A stretch of 53,593 nucleotides of DNA from Acidobacteria bacterium RIFCSPLOWO2_02_FULL_61_28 (GTDB taxonomy: Bacteria > Acidobacteriota > Terriglobia > 2-12-FULL-54-10), in the NCBI GenBank assembly GCA_001767035.1, contig MEKR01000130.1:1-53593 (forward strand). The letters are read 5' to 3'. The position numbers were made by a program, and so were the translations under genes. Below are positions 50,913-53,593 of this stretch, one piece after another. The stretch's first letter is position 1, and each line of letters opens with the position of its first letter. Below the pieces are notes generated by a model that searched no databases, was not told the DNA's origin, and saw nothing but the letters and a program-made list of their open reading frames with translations.

Positions 50913-50941
50913 TTGCTATTCGGGAACGAATCGGGTATACT
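50913..50941 (+). promoter_or_regulatory. Sigma-70-like promoter TTGCTA-N17-TATACT for rimP-nusA-infB
   Basis: Read directly, 64 nt upstream of ATG 51005. Confidence 0.45.
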
Positions 50942-50969
50942 GAACGTGGTTGAGTGGGCGCAAAGCTGA

Positions 50970-50991
50970 GTGGGCGCGAGCCCACTTTTTT
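50970..50991 (+). terminator. Intrinsic-terminator-like hairpin in the rimP leader (GTGGGC-GCGA-GCCCAC plus T6)
   Basis: Stem 50970-50975/50980-50985 and T-run 50986-50991. It is preceded by an 11-nt direct repeat TGAGTGGGCGC (50951-50961, 50967-50977) that offers an alternative 5' arm. Confidence 0.5.
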
Positions 50992-51004
50992 GTTGGGTGG
51001 AGGG

Positions 51005-51460
51005 ATGGACCAACTGGAGCGCATCCGGGAGATCGCGGACCGCGTGGCTGTGGCAGAGGGCATGGAGCTGGTGGACGTCGGGTTCGCGGGCCGGGGACCC
51101 AATGCCGTCCTGCGGATTTTCCTCGACAAGCCGGGCGGGATCACGCTCCGGGACTGCGAAGTGGTCAGCAGGCAGGTGGGCGTGATCCTGGATGTGGAAG
51201 ACTTCATCCCCACCCGATATACGCTCGAAGTCTCCTCGCCGGGCCTGGACCGTCGTCTGGCGAAGCCGGCGGATTATGAGCGCTTCGCCGGCAAGCAAAT
51301 CCAGGTGGTCCTGAAGACTCCGCTCGAGGGGCGGCGGCGGTTTTCCGGCCGGCTCCGGGGAATCCAGGAGGGAAAGGTCCAACTGGAGGAGGAGAACGGT
51401 CAGGTGCTCGGGTTTGACTATGCCGAGATTCAAAAAGCGAATCTGGTGGTCGAACTGTGA
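51005..51460 (+). CDS. rimP: Ribosome maturation factor RimP
   Basis: MDQLERIREIADRVAVAEGMELVDV..LRIFLDKPGGITLRDCEVVSRQV..YTLEVSSPGLDRRL.. The start was taken at the internal ATG with GGTGGAGGG upstream. Confidence 0.9.
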   Translation: MDQLERIREIADRVAVAEGMELVDVGFAGRGPNAVLRIFLDKPGGITLRDCEVVSRQVGVILDVEDFIPTRYTLEVSSPGLDRRLAKPADYERFAGKQIQVVLKTPLEGRRRFSGRLRGIQEGKVQLEEENGQVLGFDYAEIQKANLVVEL

Positions 51461-51509
51461 GCGGGGAGCGCCCGTGCAAGAGGCCGACGCGACGGGCTTG
51501 AGGTGAAGG

Positions 51510-52943
51510 ATGTCGAGTTTGCTGTTGCAGATCGTAGACCAGATGAGCCGGGAAAAGGGCATCGAGGCGCAGATCATTGTCAGCGCGATCGAGGATGCCA
51601 TGCTGGTCGCAGCCCGGAAGTACTACAAGACGAACGAGGAGTTGCGCTCCGAGCTGAACCGGGAGACCGGCCAGGTCGAAATCTTCGCTTTGAAAAAAGT
51701 CGTCGAGCAGGTGGCCAACCCATTGCGGGAAATCAGTTTGGAGGAAGCCCAGCGCCTCGACCCGAAATCCGCTCTCGACTCGGAAATCCGAATCCAAAAG
51801 CCCACTGCCGTCATGGGTCGAATCGCCGCGCAAACCGCCAAGCAGGTGATTTTCCAGAAGGTCCGGGAGGCAGAACGCGAAACCGTATATAACGAGTACA
51901 GCGGCCGGCTCGGCGAGATGGTCAATTGCGTCATCAAGCGATTGGAGGGGCCGGACCTGATCGTGGACCTGGGGAAAACCGAAGGCCGCCTGCCCCGGCG
52001 CGAACAGTCCAAGCTCGAGACCTTTCAGGTCGGGGACCGCATCCGCGTGGCGATTCTCCAGGTGGAGAAATCGGCCCGAGGCCCCCAGGTGATCGTTTCG
52101 CGGGCCGTTCCGTCGCTGGTCTCGCGCCTGTTCGAGATGGAGGTGCCGGAAATCTATGACGGCACGGTGGTGATCCGCGCCACGGCGCGAGAGGCCGGCG
52201 AGCGCACCAAGATTGCCGTCCTCTCCAAGGACCGCGAAGTGGACTGCGTGGGCGCCTGTGTCGGCATGAAGGGAATGCGGGTGCAGTCTATCATCCGCGA
52301 ATTGCGAGGCGAGAAGATTGACATCATTGAATACAATGAAGAGACGTCCACGTTTGCGGCCAACGCGCTCAGCCCGGCCAAGATCAACCGCGTGACCATC
52401 CTGGACCCGGTCAGCAAGCATTTGGAAGTCATCGTGGATGACACCCAGCTTTCTCTGGCCATCGGGAAGAAAGGGCAGAACGTCCGCTTGGCGTCGAAGC
52501 TCCTCGGATGGCGGATTGACATCAAGAGCGAAGAGGAAAAGCGCCAGGAAGTCGAAACGCAGATGGAGCAGCTCGTCTCGACCGGTACCCCCATCCAGGA
52601 GGTCACCGGAATTGGCGAGCGGACGATTGCGAAGCTCGCCGAGCGCGGCATTACGACGGTGGAGCGGCTCGGCGAAATGACTCCCGAGCAACTGGAGGAA
52701 ATCCCGGGGATCGGCCCCAAAATGGTGGAAAAAATCCGGTTGGCTGTGAATAATTATTACGTGCAATTAGAAGAAACAGCGGAAACAGGCGGGGAAGCAA
52801 AAGCTCCGCCGGCCGCCGCTGCTCCGGTTGCGGAAGTGGAATCCGAAGAAGAAGTATCGGAGGAATCAGGAGGCTCCAGCGCCGCCGAAGTGGAAGATGT
52901 AACAGCTCCTTCCGATCCTTCCGAGGAAGAGCACAACCCGTAG
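51510..52943 (+). CDS. nusA: Transcription termination/antitermination factor NusA
   Basis: N-terminal ..QIVDQMSREKGIEAQIIVSAIEDAMLVAARKYY... S1 and two KH domains (..DRIRVAILQVEK.., ..ACVGMKGMRVQSIIRELRGEKIDII..). Acidic C-terminal tail. Confidence 0.95.
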   Translation: MSSLLLQIVDQMSREKGIEAQIIVSAIEDAMLVAARKYYKTNEELRSELNRETGQVEIFALKKVVEQVANPLREISLEEAQRLDPKSALDSEIRIQKPTAVMGRIAAQTAKQVIFQKVREAERETVYNEYSGRLGEMVNCVIKRLEGPDLIVDLGKTEGRLPRREQSKLETFQVGDRIRVAILQVEKSARGPQVIVSRAVPSLVSRLFEMEVPEIYDGTVVIRATAREAGERTKIAVLSKDREVDCVGACVGMKGMRVQSIIRELRGEKIDIIEYNEETSTFAANALSPAKINRVTILDPVSKHLEVIVDDTQLSLAIGKKGQNVRLASKLLGWRIDIKSEEEKRQEVETQMEQLVSTGTPIQEVTGIGERTIAKLAERGITTVERLGEMTPEQLEEIPGIGPKMVEKIRLAVNNYYVQLEETAETGGEAKAPPAAAAPVAEVESEEEVSEESGGSSAAEVEDVTAPSDPSEEEHNP

Positions 52944-53000
52944 GCAGATTGCCGGAAGCTTCCGGAAACAATCGAGCGGCAACGACGGTAGGAAGGCACG

Positions 53001-53593
53001 ATGCGAATTAACGAGCTGGCCCGGGACCTCGAGGTCAAAGCCAAGGCGATCCTCGACTACCTGGCCGAAATCGGCGTAGAGGACAAGAAGTCCCACTCCA
53101 GCTCCATTGATGAGGAGCTGACCGAGAGGGTCAAAGCGCACTTCCGCGAAGTGAAGGAAGCGCCGGCCCCGGAACCTGTTCTTCCGCCCTCGCTGGAGAA
53201 ACCCCCCGCTGCTGTTCCTGAAGCGCCCCCGGCTGCGAAGCTCCGGTCTCCGATCGAAGTAGAACACAAGGTGACGCCTGTCCGCGCTGAGCCTGGCAGA
53301 GCGGGGGCGCCGATGCCACCATCGGCAGTTCCGGCTGAACTCAAGGCCGGCCCCGCCGCGCGCAAGGCGGCGCCTGCCGAAGCACTCCCGATCCCGAAAC
53401 GTCCTTTTGTTCTGCGCCCCCCGGTTCGGTCTCACGGAGAGCCCCAGACCGCACCGCCCCCCCCGGGTCGCCCGATATTGGAACCAAAGGCTCCTCCGCC
53501 CGTCAGCGCACCACCATCTGCCATGCCGGCCGAGCCGCACAGGGCGGGTCATCCGGCGGCCGCAGCAGCGGGACGAGGTGCGGCTCCGCTTGC
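53001..53593 (+). CDS. infB: Translation initiation factor IF-2, N-terminal part (3' end beyond window)
   Basis: ATG 53001 follows GGTAGGAAGG. MRINELARDLEVKAKAILDYLAEIGVEDKKSHSSSIDEELTERV.. is the IF2_N domain, followed by the usual Pro/Ala-rich linker. The frame is open to the window end and the gene follows nusA, the conserved order. Confidence 0.9.
   Translation, partial: MRINELARDLEVKAKAILDYLAEIGVEDKKSHSSSIDEELTERVKAHFREVKEAPAPEPVLPPSLEKPPAAVPEAPPAAKLRSPIEVEHKVTPVRAEPGRAGAPMPPSAVPAELKAGPAARKAAPAEALPIPKRPFVLRPPVRSHGEPQTAPPPPGRPILEPKAPPPVSAPPSAMPAEPHRAGHPAAAAAGRGAAPL

Overview
High-GC chromosomal segment that looks acidobacterial (Solibacter/Bryobacter-like). The basis is carboxypeptidase-regulatory-domain TonB-dependent receptors and giant secreted NHL/Ig-like proteins ending in the TIGR03437-type C-terminal domain. 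Gene order, left to right: a TonB-dependent receptor (5' partial); two convergent giant secreted repeat proteins; an O-antigen-ligase-like membrane protein; an internally deleted TonB-receptor relic; a CMD/AhpD-like gene interrupted only by an in-frame TGA with a SECIS-like hairpin (candidate selenoprotein); a cytochrome c plus a CarboxypepD_reg-CxxCH-beta-propeller protein (first of three paralogs); an NHL/PAL-like propeller; a His-rich small ORF plus a CzcCBA/CusCBA-type heavy-metal efflux operon; a two-gene restriction-modification (RM) cassette with nuclease-methylase fusion plus HsdS, which is BcgI-like Type IIB architecture with no HsdR; an orphan TIGR03437 C-terminal gene fragment; hslR; a cluster of extracytoplasmic enzymes (IorAB-like Mo/2Fe-2S oxidoreductase, Tat-signal amidohydrolase, Tat-signal MmgE/PrpD) bracketed by the other two heme-propeller paralogs and a full-length TonB receptor; tRNA-Arg(CCG); a low-GC Type III RM pair (mod-res); and the start of the conserved rimP-nusA-infB operon. 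The intergenic space holds at least three repeat systems that ordinary gene annotation does not explain. (1) A TA-flanked MITE family with terminal inverted repeats, built from chains of tetraloop hairpins; three copies abut stop codons. (2) A second MITE that inserts into TGAA/TTCA, once exactly into a hairpin loop of the first family. (3) A conserved hairpin module next to short-period word repeats (some are G-quadruplex motifs) that flanks both RM cassettes. I found no rRNA, CRISPR array, integrase or transposase gene. The many long antisense ORFs in the track are treated as high-GC artefacts.
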